Source: an uncultured archaeon
Lineage (GTDB): Archaea; Thermoplasmatota; Penumbrarchaeia; JASLWR01
Direction: 5' to 3'
DNA length: 64,000 bases
NCBI GenBank assembly: GCA_964430885.1
Contig: CAYSHM010000006.1
Coordinates: forward strand, 1 to 64,000
Shown here: piece by piece, positions 30,809 through 40,718 of the stretch
Position numbering within the stretch: position 1 is the first letter of the stretch
How the letters are laid out: each line of letters opens with the position of its first letter
Program-made: the position numbers and the translations under genes
The notes under the pieces: model-generated
What the model was told of the DNA's origin: nothing
Databases searched by the model: none
What the model saw: the letters and a program-made list of their open reading frames with translations, nothing else

Positions 30809-32260
30809 TTGGATAATTTCAAATTGTTTTTGGCCATTTTCCTTTGTGTTTACGTTTCAGGGATATTAGTTCTAGGCTTCTACCTAAGAAAAAGAGCCCA
30901 GGGGCTCAGCGGTTTTCTGGTTGCCAGAAGAAAGCTGTCGCTTACCCTTACCACCTTATCCCTTACAGCTTCCATAATCGGAGCTTCAATGACCATAACT
31001 GCGGTCTCTAACTTTCATGAAATGGGATTGTCGGCTATTTGGTTCATCTTGGGGCCAAGCTTTTTTTTACTTCTCATGGGTTTACTGCTGGCTGAAAGGA
31101 TCAGGAGAACCCGTGCCCTAACACTGCCGGACCTTGTGGAGAAGATCTTCAGCACCAAAGCCAAGATAGTTACATCCATACTAGTAATAATTGCCGAGAT
31201 TTTATGGATCGCGGTTCTCGTAACAGCTTCAAGGGATATATTGAATGCCTTTTTGGGTATATCTCCCAAGGCGGCTTTGATCGGTTCCATGGCGGTCTTT
31301 TCCCTGTATACTCTACTTGCAGGGAAGGTGGCTGATGCATACTCCGATGCCATCCAGGCGGTGATGATGGCTTTAATGGCCTTTACTTTGGTAATAGCCA
31401 TATCCATGAGTGATGGTTTCAATCCCGGTGCTATAGAAAGTACCCGCTTGAATATTTTTTACAATCATACCCCCATTTCCCTATTCAGCATGTTATTGCT
31501 TTTGGGTCTGTCATATTTGGTAGGTCCGGATGTTTATTCTGCAATTCTCTCCGCCCGATCGGAGAGAATAGCTAAGAGGTCAGCGGTAATCGGTGCAGGT
31601 ATTATTGCTTTCTGGGGTCTGATAATGGCCTTCATAGGTGTAATGGCAAGTGAGATGGGATTGGCCCCTTCCGAGGGCTCGGTGATCAATCAGGTAATAA
31701 TAGGGACAGTTAGTTCCTCACCTCTCAGAGCATTCCTTGTAGCCGGTTTGATAGCTGTGATGATGTCATCGGTGGATACGACACTGCTAACCTCCTCCTC
31801 AGTATTATCCAATGATATTGTCGGCACCATACTGAAACGCAGGAAAAGTATAAATGATAAAAAAAGGAACAGAATTATTTTTCTGACCGCCAAGATCTCT
31901 ATACTACCCTTGGCGCTGATATCTATTTTGGTAGGTATATGGTTGGAGGATATGATAGAAATTTTATATCTGGCCTATTTGTTGTTCATATCTAGCGCAG
32001 TTCTGCCGGTAGCAGGTGGACTTCTGAAAAGGTATACCAAGGTGAATGACCTGGGAGCTATTACCGGAATGCTCTCCGGAGGCATCTCTGCTTTGGTCTG
32101 GTATCTCAGTTATAGAAATGAATGGCTGAGCTTGAGTTGGAGCGGTTGGTTATATGATCAGGGTTTGGTCAATTCAACTCAGTTGGTTGGGTTACTGTTC
32201 TGCCTTTTGGGGATGTTGTTGGGAAGTGTTGCTCATGTTAAACTTTCTAGTACAAACTGA
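30809..32260 (+). CDS. Sodium:solute symporter family protein
   Basis: ~13 TM; FLVARRKL, TLPDL…F, YTLLAG…AYSDAIQ, MMSSVDTTL motifs of the SSS family. Confidence 0.88.
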   Translation: MDNFKLFLAIFLCVYVSGILVLGFYLRKRAQGLSGFLVARRKLSLTLTTLSLTASIIGASMTITAVSNFHEMGLSAIWFILGPSFFLLLMGLLLAERIRRTRALTLPDLVEKIFSTKAKIVTSILVIIAEILWIAVLVTASRDILNAFLGISPKAALIGSMAVFSLYTLLAGKVADAYSDAIQAVMMALMAFTLVIAISMSDGFNPGAIESTRLNIFYNHTPISLFSMLLLLGLSYLVGPDVYSAILSARSERIAKRSAVIGAGIIAFWGLIMAFIGVMASEMGLAPSEGSVINQVIIGTVSSSPLRAFLVAGLIAVMMSSVDTTLLTSSSVLSNDIVGTILKRRKSINDKKRNRIIFLTAKISILPLALISILVGIWLEDMIEILYLAYLLFISSAVLPVAGGLLKRYTKVNDLGAITGMLSGGISALVWYLSYRNEWLSLSWSGWLYDQGLVNSTQLVGLLFCLLGMLLGSVAHVKLSSTN

Positions 32261-32554
32261 GGCTTATTCATAACCAATTCAATTAATGCCATAAACCATT
32301 TTGTGAATTTTCTGGTAACCTTGGAAATACTTTTTTGGTGAATGACCAGAAAAAATATGAAAATATAATCCAAAAGGTTATTTGTTAGCTGTGTAATCAT
32401 TACATGTAAACCGCTTGCTTTCTGGCAGAGGTTTACGGGCAACAACACTCAATATGGGGGTTGTTTGCATGTTATCCACGTCCATTCTGGCCGTGGTACA
32501 TTGCAGACAAAGGCCATTGGGCCTTATGTTAACCTGAGTACAAAGAGGAATAAC

Positions 32555-33403
32555 ATGGTTCAGCCAAAGGAAAGAAGCTGCGCTTATAAAAAGAACAAGG
32601 TTATCCAGTTTCAACACAGGGAAAAGGGTAATAAATGGGGTCACCTAGGCAGGCGTCTCGTACATATTTCATCCTCGCTTCTTGTTATTTATTTTTTGTT
32701 TCCAAAGGTTGTTTTTGAGATTGGGTCATTCAAGATGTATAAAGCCCTTCTTTTATTCCTCCTTTTCGTTCTGATACCTTTACCCATTGAGATATGGCGA
32801 TTGCGCAACCAGCGTGTTTTCACAATGATACGCGATACCGAGAGGAACCGTGTCGCGGCCTATATGTGGACCCTGATGGGGGCAATGGGTCTCTGCTTTC
32901 TAACAGAGATTGGATTGCCCGAATTCATAGCTGCACCAATAATCATATGCGCAGCTCTTGGAGATCCTTTTTTAGGTGAGATAAGGATCATAACCGGACT
33001 TAGAAGAAGACATTACTATTCTCTATCTGTCCTGATGTGCTTTGCCATATATTTCATATGGTTAGGCAATCCATTCCTCGCTTTTCTGGCTGGCTTCTTC
33101 ACCGTTATCGGGGAGTCATTGAACCTGGAACTGACCTGGTCACTCCGGGATGAGATGCTGTACGACCTTGAACATCGGAATTTCATTCTTCGAACTACTT
33201 ACCGGGTCATCAATAAATTCAAGATATCCGGCTGTGTTTTCAGGGCCGACGACAATCTCGTTATGCAGTTGGTCCCGCTTGTGATCCTCCTGCTTCTTTT
33301 CCTGATATTTCCGGGGATATATCCTCCCAACTCCTTCATACTGGATAGCTGGCCCTCAGATTTGATCTCATCATACGGATTCGACACCCTTTTCAGAGTA
33401 TGA
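32555..33403 (+). CDS. Dolichol/phytol kinase-like membrane protein (CTP-transferase-like)
   Basis: RRLVH, IRDTERNR, ALGDP..G and DDNL motifs in a multi-TM protein. Confidence 0.6.
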   Translation: MVQPKERSCAYKKNKVIQFQHREKGNKWGHLGRRLVHISSSLLVIYFLFPKVVFEIGSFKMYKALLLFLLFVLIPLPIEIWRLRNQRVFTMIRDTERNRVAAYMWTLMGAMGLCFLTEIGLPEFIAAPIIICAALGDPFLGEIRIITGLRRRHYYSLSVLMCFAIYFIWLGNPFLAFLAGFFTVIGESLNLELTWSLRDEMLYDLEHRNFILRTTYRVINKFKISGCVFRADDNLVMQLVPLVILLLLFLIFPGIYPPNSFILDSWPSDLISSYGFDTLFRV

Positions 33404-33503
33404 AGTTTTTTTAGAAATAAATATCGTTGAACCTCAGCTGTTTGATTTGCAGATAATGTTTTATAAATTGTTTTCATTAACCATTGCCCAAAGGGGTGCT
33501 ATC

Positions 33504-35075
33504 ATGCATTGGGCAGATGTTGAAGCAGGGAAATTAATTGAAAAATACGAACCAGTAATAATTGCCACTGGAATCACGCCTTCTGGGCATATACATGTAG
33601 GAAATATGAGAGAGATACTAACCGGAGATGCGGTTTTCAGAGCGGTGAAGGACCATACTGGTGAGCCTACATTGCTGTATATTGCAGATACCTTCGATCC
33701 CCTTCGGAAGGTTTATCCTTTCCTGCCAGATAGTTATTCGGAATACGTAGGGCAGCCTATCAGCGATATACCATGCCCCTGCGGTGAGCATGAGAATTAT
33801 GCTGAACATTTCCTTGAACCTTTCATGAAGGCTGTGGAACAACTAGGTATATATCCTGTGGTCAAGAGAGTTCATGAGATGTATGATGAAGGATTGTATG
33901 CCGAGAATATAATGAAACTGATAGATAAAAAAGAAGGTGTCCGAGAGATACTGGAAAAGGTTTCAGGAAGACAGCTTCCGAAAAAATGGTTTCCCTACAC
34001 ACCCAAATGTTCGGGGTGCAATACATTCTCAAATTCGGAGGTTATCGATTTTACTGCGCCATTTGTTCACTATCGGTGTAAATGCGGTGCAGAGGACCGA
34101 TCGGATATAAGGAAGGCCCAAGGGAAATTGCCCTGGAGACTAGAATGGCCGGCCAGATGGTCATTCCTGGGGGTAACCTGCGAACCTTTCGGAAAGGACC
34201 ATGCAGCATCAGGCGGTTCATATGAATCCGGAAAGGAGATAATTGAGATGATACTCCGAGGTTCTTCCCCACATCCGGTGGTCTATGAATGGATACAGTT
34301 AAAGGGAAAAGGGGCAATGTCCTCATCGTCAGGTGTGGTAATCTCTGCAACTGACATGCTGAAAATGACCCCGCCTCAGGTCCTTAGATTTTTAGTTATG
34401 AGGGTCGACCCGCCTAAACATATAGATTTTGATTCCGGTTTCGGCCTTCTGAACCTGGTGGATGAATACGATCGCTATGAACAGAAATATTTCACCGGTG
34501 ATGACACTGAAAAGGATATCGAGGACAGGAATCGTGCTTTCGAGTTTTCTCAGGTGGAAACCGAGGGTCTTAAACAAAGGGGTTTGGAAAGGACTGTTTC
34601 CTACCGGCATCTGGTATCACTAGTGCAGATTGATCCCTCCGAAAAAGAGGTCTTTGAGAGGGTTAAAAGGACCGAAGGGATTACTGAACTGAATGAGGAC
34701 GAGGAGTCTAGGTTACTGGAGCGGATGAGGTGTGTGAAATATTGGGTGGATAACTATTCACCTGCATCGGTAAGATTTTCATTGAAGAGGGAATTTCAAG
34801 AGCTCATGGTCAAGGATTTCGGGGATTATGAAGCGGATATTATCCGCACCCTTCTGGCTGAACTGTCAACCGTTAAATGGGATGCTGAAGAAATACATCA
34901 GGCATGCTACAGGGTAAAGGAAAAGTTGAACGTTAAGCCTACGGATGTTTTTTCTCTCTTGTACGGTATCCTGCTGAATCAGAAAAGAGGTCCCCGTTTG
35001 GGTTATTTCCTCAGTTCGCTGGAAAGGGATTTCATTACAGGCAGATTATCTGAAGCCTTGGATAATATAAACTGA
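33504..35075 (+). CDS. lysS: Lysine--tRNA ligase, class I
   Basis: HWAD, GITPSGHIHVGN, KLPWRLEWP, EPFGKDH, AMSSSSG, GPRLG. Confidence 0.97.
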   Translation: MHWADVEAGKLIEKYEPVIIATGITPSGHIHVGNMREILTGDAVFRAVKDHTGEPTLLYIADTFDPLRKVYPFLPDSYSEYVGQPISDIPCPCGEHENYAEHFLEPFMKAVEQLGIYPVVKRVHEMYDEGLYAENIMKLIDKKEGVREILEKVSGRQLPKKWFPYTPKCSGCNTFSNSEVIDFTAPFVHYRCKCGAEDRSDIRKAQGKLPWRLEWPARWSFLGVTCEPFGKDHAASGGSYESGKEIIEMILRGSSPHPVVYEWIQLKGKGAMSSSSGVVISATDMLKMTPPQVLRFLVMRVDPPKHIDFDSGFGLLNLVDEYDRYEQKYFTGDDTEKDIEDRNRAFEFSQVETEGLKQRGLERTVSYRHLVSLVQIDPSEKEVFERVKRTEGITELNEDEESRLLERMRCVKYWVDNYSPASVRFSLKREFQELMVKDFGDYEADIIRTLLAELSTVKWDAEEIHQACYRVKEKLNVKPTDVFSLLYGILLNQKRGPRLGYFLSSLERDFITGRLSEALDNIN

Positions 35076-35186
35076 CCAGAAGAAGTATATTCCAATGAAG
35101 GATAGTATTCATCAATCAATTTATTTTAATCTTTAAGGGATTTGTATATCCCAAACATGTTCATCAAATATCACGGGGTCAACCTG

Positions 35187-36392
35187 ATGCTAAAGGTTCT
35201 TGTTATTGCACCTACAATGTATTTTTCAGACCGAGGATGTCATATCAGGATCTACGAGGAATCCAAGGCGCTGAGGGATATGGGGCACGAATTAACTCTT
35301 TTAACCTATCACAGCGGTAGGGATATTGGAGAAATTGATACCCTGCGTATCTGGAAAACACCATGGTATGGGAAGCTGGTGGCAGGCCCTTCTTTTCACT
35401 TCCTGTATATGGATACTATGCTTTTTCTGCGAAGTTTGATGGTACTGAAAAGGCACAGATTCGATATGATCCACGCACATCTTCATGAAGGAGCTTTCAT
35501 CGCCAGTAAACTTCAGGATATGTGCGGTGGAAACATACCTTATGTTTTTGATGCTCAGGGTTCTCTGTCAGGTGAGATGCAGGCCCATGGTTTTGTTCAG
35601 AAGGGGTCATTGTCCCATAGATTTTGGGAATCCTTGGAGCACAGAATAAACAGGAGAGCCCCCTATATAATAACTTCCTCGGGAGATCTCATGCAGAAAA
35701 TGGCAGGTACCGCTAGAAGGAAAAGGATCCGCTGTATAGCTGATGGCGTTGATATCAATCGCTTCATTCCCCGGGAAGATCACCCTGAAAACGGAAATAA
35801 ATTGATCCGCCTTAGAGGCAAATTGGGTATTCCCAAAGGAAGAAAAGTGGTGATATATCTTGGAGGTATGGATCGTTATAAGGGAGTATACAAACTTTTA
35901 GAGAGTGCCAAGCATGTTCTGAAGGGAAGTGAGGATAGGAAGGTTCATTTCCTTCTAATGGGTTATCCCGGCCAAGAGGCGGCCAGGGAAAAGGCAGAGA
36001 GGATGGGAATTGGAGATCATGTAACGGTTCTCGGGCGGATAGGCTATTTCCAGGCCCATAAATATTTGGCTCTGGGTGATGTGGCGGCAGCCCCTAAACT
36101 ATTGGGTTGGGGTGAAGCCAACGGGAAGGTCCTGAACTACATGGGATGCGGACTTCCGGTGGTAGCGTTCGATCATTCCATCAACAGAGAGATGCTGGGA
36201 GATCACGGTATCTATGCACGTATTGGTGATGCGGATGATCTTGGTGATAAAATACTCGGTATCCTCACCGATAGTGATAAGGGTAAAAGGATAGGGTCAG
36301 CACTAAGGAACAAAGCGATTGCCGATCATACCTGGTCAAAGGCTGCAAGAAGTATATCGGAAGTATATGACCTTTTATTGAATAAGAAATAG
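35187..36392 (+). CDS. Glycosyltransferase family 4 (GT-B)
   Basis: HAHLHE, DGVDINRF, E…KVLNYMGCGLPVV motif. Confidence 0.88.
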   Translation: MLKVLVIAPTMYFSDRGCHIRIYEESKALRDMGHELTLLTYHSGRDIGEIDTLRIWKTPWYGKLVAGPSFHFLYMDTMLFLRSLMVLKRHRFDMIHAHLHEGAFIASKLQDMCGGNIPYVFDAQGSLSGEMQAHGFVQKGSLSHRFWESLEHRINRRAPYIITSSGDLMQKMAGTARRKRIRCIADGVDINRFIPREDHPENGNKLIRLRGKLGIPKGRKVVIYLGGMDRYKGVYKLLESAKHVLKGSEDRKVHFLLMGYPGQEAAREKAERMGIGDHVTVLGRIGYFQAHKYLALGDVAAAPKLLGWGEANGKVLNYMGCGLPVVAFDHSINREMLGDHGIYARIGDADDLGDKILGILTDSDKGKRIGSALRNKAIADHTWSKAARSISEVYDLLLNKK

Positions 36393-36445
36393 AATGAAGA
36401 TTTAAATAAGGGACTAATAATCCATTTAATGTCCGAATAAGCTGT

Positions 36446-37033
36446 TCATCCTGTCACAATGGGTTCCAGGTAATCATATTCGATATCCACGGAAAAATCG
36501 TTGCCTGTGTCCCAGTATGATATGAAGGGCCCTACAAAAGGGAACTGATCATAAGTACCGCACTCAATACATGCGACGGTTACTGAGAAGGCGTCCCCTA
36601 TACCCTGGGGCACATCCTGATCCGCGGTTTCATTCTCATCGGTGGAGTTACCTGCCGTATCTACACCCAACTTAAGCTCAATTCTTCCCGTACCATCTTG
36701 TTTAGATACACTGTTGGAGCCTGCAGAAATAGTCAATGAAAAAACATCGTAAATATCCTGGGAGTCGGAACCGTGATGGTCATCGGTCCAGGTTAAAATG
36801 GCCTTGACACCCACTAGGATAGAACCATTCATATCATAGTCGAATTGACTGTTGATGTTCCCGCTGGGATCCCATTCCGGATTATCAAGATGCCCGAATT
36901 TTTGGTCCTTCTCAGTGATAGATTCGTATTCAGGTCCGCTGTCAATAACTTTCTTATCAGTACAGCCCATAAAGGTCACGGATGCCAAACTGCAAATTGT
37001 GAGAAATAATACGATATAGGATACTTTATTCAT
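36446..37033 (-). CDS. Putative lipoprotein
   Basis: Signal peptide ending FMGC; acidic beta-rich body. Confidence 0.65.
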   Translation of the reverse strand: MNKVSYIVLFLTICSLASVTFMGCTDKKVIDSGPEYESITEKDQKFGHLDNPEWDPSGNINSQFDYDMNGSILVGVKAILTWTDDHHGSDSQDIYDVFSLTISAGSNSVSKQDGTGRIELKLGVDTAGNSTDENETADQDVPQGIGDAFSVTVACIECGTYDQFPFVGPFISYWDTGNDFSVDIEYDYLEPIVTG

Positions 37034-37333
37034 TCTAATTCACTCCAATTCATTAGATAATAAATATCGATAATACCTGCTATTGATTTAAACGTATCTG
37101 TTTCTTCTGTTATGAAATTTATGTTCATATGGGAATGTAAATAGAATGAGCTCATAGAGGGAATATTAATAATAATAGGTAAAGCCAGCCATTTTTCATG
37201 AAAATAAATGGGAAAATGTTTGGGAGTAAGTTCTGCCTTGATGCTTTTATACTATTATGGTAATTAATATGTCTTTGAAAGAAGCTGATAATTTAGTGTA
37301 AGATCAATGTGATGAAATAGATAATGATGGGTT

Positions 37334-38056
37334 TTGACCATGATAAATGTCGATAGTAGTGTTTATAAGAGAGGTGCAGAAGCAGAGATACGTTTTGTTG
37401 ATTTCCTCGGTGAAAAGGCCATTGCCAAATTCAGAATTCCAAAGGGTTACAGGATCCCGCAGATTGATGGAAAACTGAGAAGGGAAAGGACCCGAAGGGA
37501 AGCTAGATTAATAAATGCGGTAAAATATCTCGGTATTCCCTGCCCGTTCATCTATCATATCGATACAGATAAAGGACTCTTGATAATGGAATATATTGAA
37601 GGTCCCAGGCTGCGGGACCTGCTTTTGGAGATATCCCAGGGGAATTTCAGAGATGAGCTGAAAGCAGGGTTATTTCAACATATATTGGTAGTCATCGGAG
37701 GCCATATTGGTCGGCTTCATTCAAATGCAATAACTCACGGCGATCTTACCACGTCCAATATGCTGCTTAAAAAGGAATCACATCATCTGATCATTGAAAA
37801 AATGGGGAAGGGAATCATACCAGGGCCGGATGATTTTGAAATATATTTCATCGATATGTCCCTGGGTGAAAAGGATGCCATCCTCGAGGATATCGGTGAG
37901 GATCTGGATGTTTTTCAAAAGGCTTTCGAGAGCACGCATCCTGAACTTCTCTTCCACCTTAATTCTTTCTGGTCGGCTTATTCCATTGAAAATGATGATC
38001 ACAACTTGGTGAAGAAGAAATTGGCAGAAATCAAGAAAAGGGCTCGATACAGATAG
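37334..38056 (+). CDS. bud32: KEOPS complex kinase Bud32
   Basis: RGAEAEI, KFRIPKGYRIPQID, LIMEYIEG, HGDLTTSN, FESTH, RARY. Confidence 0.93.
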   Translation: MTMINVDSSVYKRGAEAEIRFVDFLGEKAIAKFRIPKGYRIPQIDGKLRRERTRREARLINAVKYLGIPCPFIYHIDTDKGLLIMEYIEGPRLRDLLLEISQGNFRDELKAGLFQHILVVIGGHIGRLHSNAITHGDLTTSNMLLKKESHHLIIEKMGKGIIPGPDDFEIYFIDMSLGEKDAILEDIGEDLDVFQKAFESTHPELLFHLNSFWSAYSIENDDHNLVKKKLAEIKKRARYR

Positions 38057-38124
38057 AAATTAAAGGAAAATTGATTGATGCGAGAAATTTATAGAGGCGG
38101 GGGATTTTTAAAAAAACCTCAAGG

Positions 38125-38694
38125 TTGATGAAAATGAAACTGGCAGTGATGACCGGTAATCCCGGGAAAATGATAGAGATAAAAGGTCTATTGGAACCCT
38201 TGGGTATTGTCACGGTCCAAAGGGATATGGACTACCCGGAGATCCAGAGCTCTGAGCTCAGAGAAGTTGTAAAGGCAGGTGCTGATTGGTTGATGGAAAG
38301 GCAGAAATGCCCTTTTATCCTAGACGATTCAGGGCTGTTCATCAATGCTCACGGCGGTTTTCCCGGAGTATATTCCTCATATGTCCACAAATCCATCGGC
38401 AACAAGGGAATATTGAGATTAATGGAAAGAGTAAGGGATAGAACCGCGGTATTCAGAACCGTAATTGGTCTAATGAAAGATAAGGATCGCTTGGAATTTT
38501 TCATTGGAGAATGCCGAGGCTCCATTACCACAGAGGAAGAAGGCGATCAGGGTTTCGGATATGATCCTATTTTTAAGCCTGAGGGTATGGAAGTCACCTT
38601 TGCCAATATGTCCACCGCTCAGAAGAACTCCTGCTCCCACAGAGGCAAAGCCTTGAAGCGGCTCAGGGAACATCTCAAGGCGTATTCATTTTGA
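38125..38694 (+). CDS. rdgB: XTP/dITP diphosphatase (Ham1/RdgB family)
   Basis: TGNPGK, DDSGL, GFPGVYS, GFGYDPIF, SHRGKA. Confidence 0.93.
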   Translation: MMKMKLAVMTGNPGKMIEIKGLLEPLGIVTVQRDMDYPEIQSSELREVVKAGADWLMERQKCPFILDDSGLFINAHGGFPGVYSSYVHKSIGNKGILRLMERVRDRTAVFRTVIGLMKDKDRLEFFIGECRGSITTEEEGDQGFGYDPIFKPEGMEVTFANMSTAQKNSCSHRGKALKRLREHLKAYSF

Positions 38695-38863
38695 TGTTCA
38701 AGAATTATCAATACCTCAGGTCATAGGCTTTTCTCTTAAAGGATGATAATTATTTAGAGAAAGAACCATTATTTTTATTGTTATGAAAAACTCCGATGGT
38801 CAGGTCAAATTTATTTTATACCAGTTCATATATGTTCAATCAGAATAATAGCTATGATATTTC

Positions 38864-39226
38864 ATGGAGGAACCTTACATGGAGATAGTAAGACATCAGA
38901 GCGATGTAGTGAAGGAAGAGGTCACCCTTGAGGGTGTCAAGAACTGCAATATCCAATGGCTTCTAAAGACCGCTGACGGGATGCCCAACTTCCAGATGAG
39001 GCGTTTTACAATGGGACCCGGTGGAATAATACCCCTTCATTCACATGAATGGGAACATGAGGTCTTTGTACTTTCAGGAAAAGGTGAACTTCTGAACAAG
39101 GATGGAGGAGTGCCCGTGGAAGCTGGAAGCGTTGCTTATGTTGACGGTGTGGAACCCCACGGTTTCAAGAATACCGGCTCCGAGGACTTCATTTTTCTCT
39201 GTATGATACCAAATGAAGAATATTGA
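38864..39226 (+). CDS. Cupin domain protein
   Basis: PLHSHEWEHEVFVLSGKG…PHGFKN cupin motifs. Confidence 0.9.
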   Translation: MEEPYMEIVRHQSDVVKEEVTLEGVKNCNIQWLLKTADGMPNFQMRRFTMGPGGIIPLHSHEWEHEVFVLSGKGELLNKDGGVPVEAGSVAYVDGVEPHGFKNTGSEDFIFLCMIPNEEY

Positions 39227-39326
39227 AACGCTGTTTTGAACTGCCAATTCGATCATTGCTTCAGCCAAATTGGTTTTTGCATATATGTCAAATCGATCCC
39301 AGGCGTAAAATAAGGAGATGTAGGTT

Positions 39327-40040
39327 TTGTTTATCAGTTCCATAGTTTTGGCAGCGGGTCTATCCAGAAGGATGGGAAGCGGGAAAAACAAGGTTCTGTC
39401 CTATCTTGATGGAGAAGAAGGTGCAGAGTACACCACTGTTCTAGGCTGTTTACTCAGATCCATTCATAGAAGCTTGGTGAACGAGATCATAGTTGTCACG
39501 GGTTACTGCGGTCAGGAGGTTGAAGGAGCGATTGCAAAAGAAATGGAACAGGTCATTGAAAAACCCCTGACCTTCATACATAATCCTAATTATAAGGATG
39601 GTATGGCAGTATCCTTTGCCAAGGGTGCAGGGGCCATATCCCCCAATGCAGATGCATTTCTCATGTTTCTAGGTGATCAGCCTCTTGTGAAATGGAAAAC
39701 CATAGATAGTATAATCCATCGATTTATTGAATTAAGGAATAATGAACCTGGAACAGGTGTGTGGGATGGATTGGATGACGGAGATGATGATACGGAAAAC
39801 AATGATGAAGGAAAAGTAGTTATTCATCCCCGCTATAACGGAAAAAAAGGACATCCAGTATTATTCTCAAACCGTTTAAGAAGCGAGGTGATGGCTCTGG
39901 GACCCGAGGATCAGCCCCGATATATTACTTGGAAATACCGCAAAAAGGCAGATATCCTTGATGTTGATGATAGAGGTATATGTATGGATATAGATGAGGT
40001 GGGTGATCTTAGAGAGGTTAGAAAACTCTATTTAAATTAA
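39327..40040 (+). CDS. MobA/MocA-like nucleotidyltransferase
   Basis: LAAGLSRRMG..NK, NPNYKDGM..S, LGDQP, GHPVLF, DIDE..D. Confidence 0.85.
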   Translation: MFISSIVLAAGLSRRMGSGKNKVLSYLDGEEGAEYTTVLGCLLRSIHRSLVNEIIVVTGYCGQEVEGAIAKEMEQVIEKPLTFIHNPNYKDGMAVSFAKGAGAISPNADAFLMFLGDQPLVKWKTIDSIIHRFIELRNNEPGTGVWDGLDDGDDDTENNDEGKVVIHPRYNGKKGHPVLFSNRLRSEVMALGPEDQPRYITWKYRKKADILDVDDRGICMDIDEVGDLREVRKLYLN

Positions 40041-40227
40041 ACTCCTGCAAATAAGTGTATAAATTAGCAGTTAGCTAATACAGATGATGACTGAATAGAG
40101 GACAAATACCCAATTATTAAAAAAGCATTAACCTGGAGTAAACATTTTTATATAGCATTTATATTATGTGGTGGGTTCAAATCGGAATTGTGCGCATGGG
40201 AAAAATAGACTAAAAGGTGTGAAGTGT

Positions 40228-40659
40228 ATGGTTAGAAAGACAGATAGATTCAGGGGACGAAGTCGGACGCACGGAAGGGGTAAGAAAGCGGGTCGAGGAG
40301 CTGGTAAAAGAGGCGGAAGAGGAAACGCAGGAATGAAAAAGCATCATTTTCTTCTAGTTACTAAATATAACAAGAAATATTTCGGTCGCCATGGATTCAA
40401 GAGACATAATTACATTGTTAAAAATCCAAAGACAATCAATTTAATGACTCTTCAGAATGTGATCCCAACACTAATAAAAGAGGGGAAGGCCAAGACCAAA
40501 GGCGATTCGATCTATATTGACCTGGATAAAAGCGGTTATGAGAAACTTCTTTCCAAAGGTACAATAGATAAGAAAATTCATGTCAAGATCAAATCCGCAA
40601 GTCCCGGTGCTATCAAGAAGATCGAGAATGCCAATGGCCAAGTTAAACTGCTTTCATGA
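40228..40659 (+). CDS. rpl15: 50S ribosomal protein uL15
   Basis: RGRSRTHGRGKKAGRGAGKRGGRGNAG, FGRHGF, KLLSKG, AIKKIENANG. Confidence 0.95.
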   Translation: MVRKTDRFRGRSRTHGRGKKAGRGAGKRGGRGNAGMKKHHFLLVTKYNKKYFGRHGFKRHNYIVKNPKTINLMTLQNVIPTLIKEGKAKTKGDSIYIDLDKSGYEKLLSKGTIDKKIHVKIKSASPGAIKKIENANGQVKLLS

Positions 40660-40718
40660 GCAGTTATGTTGACTTACAGGATTGGAGAACGTTCCTTTAT
40701 CGAAAATGGTGAAACTGG

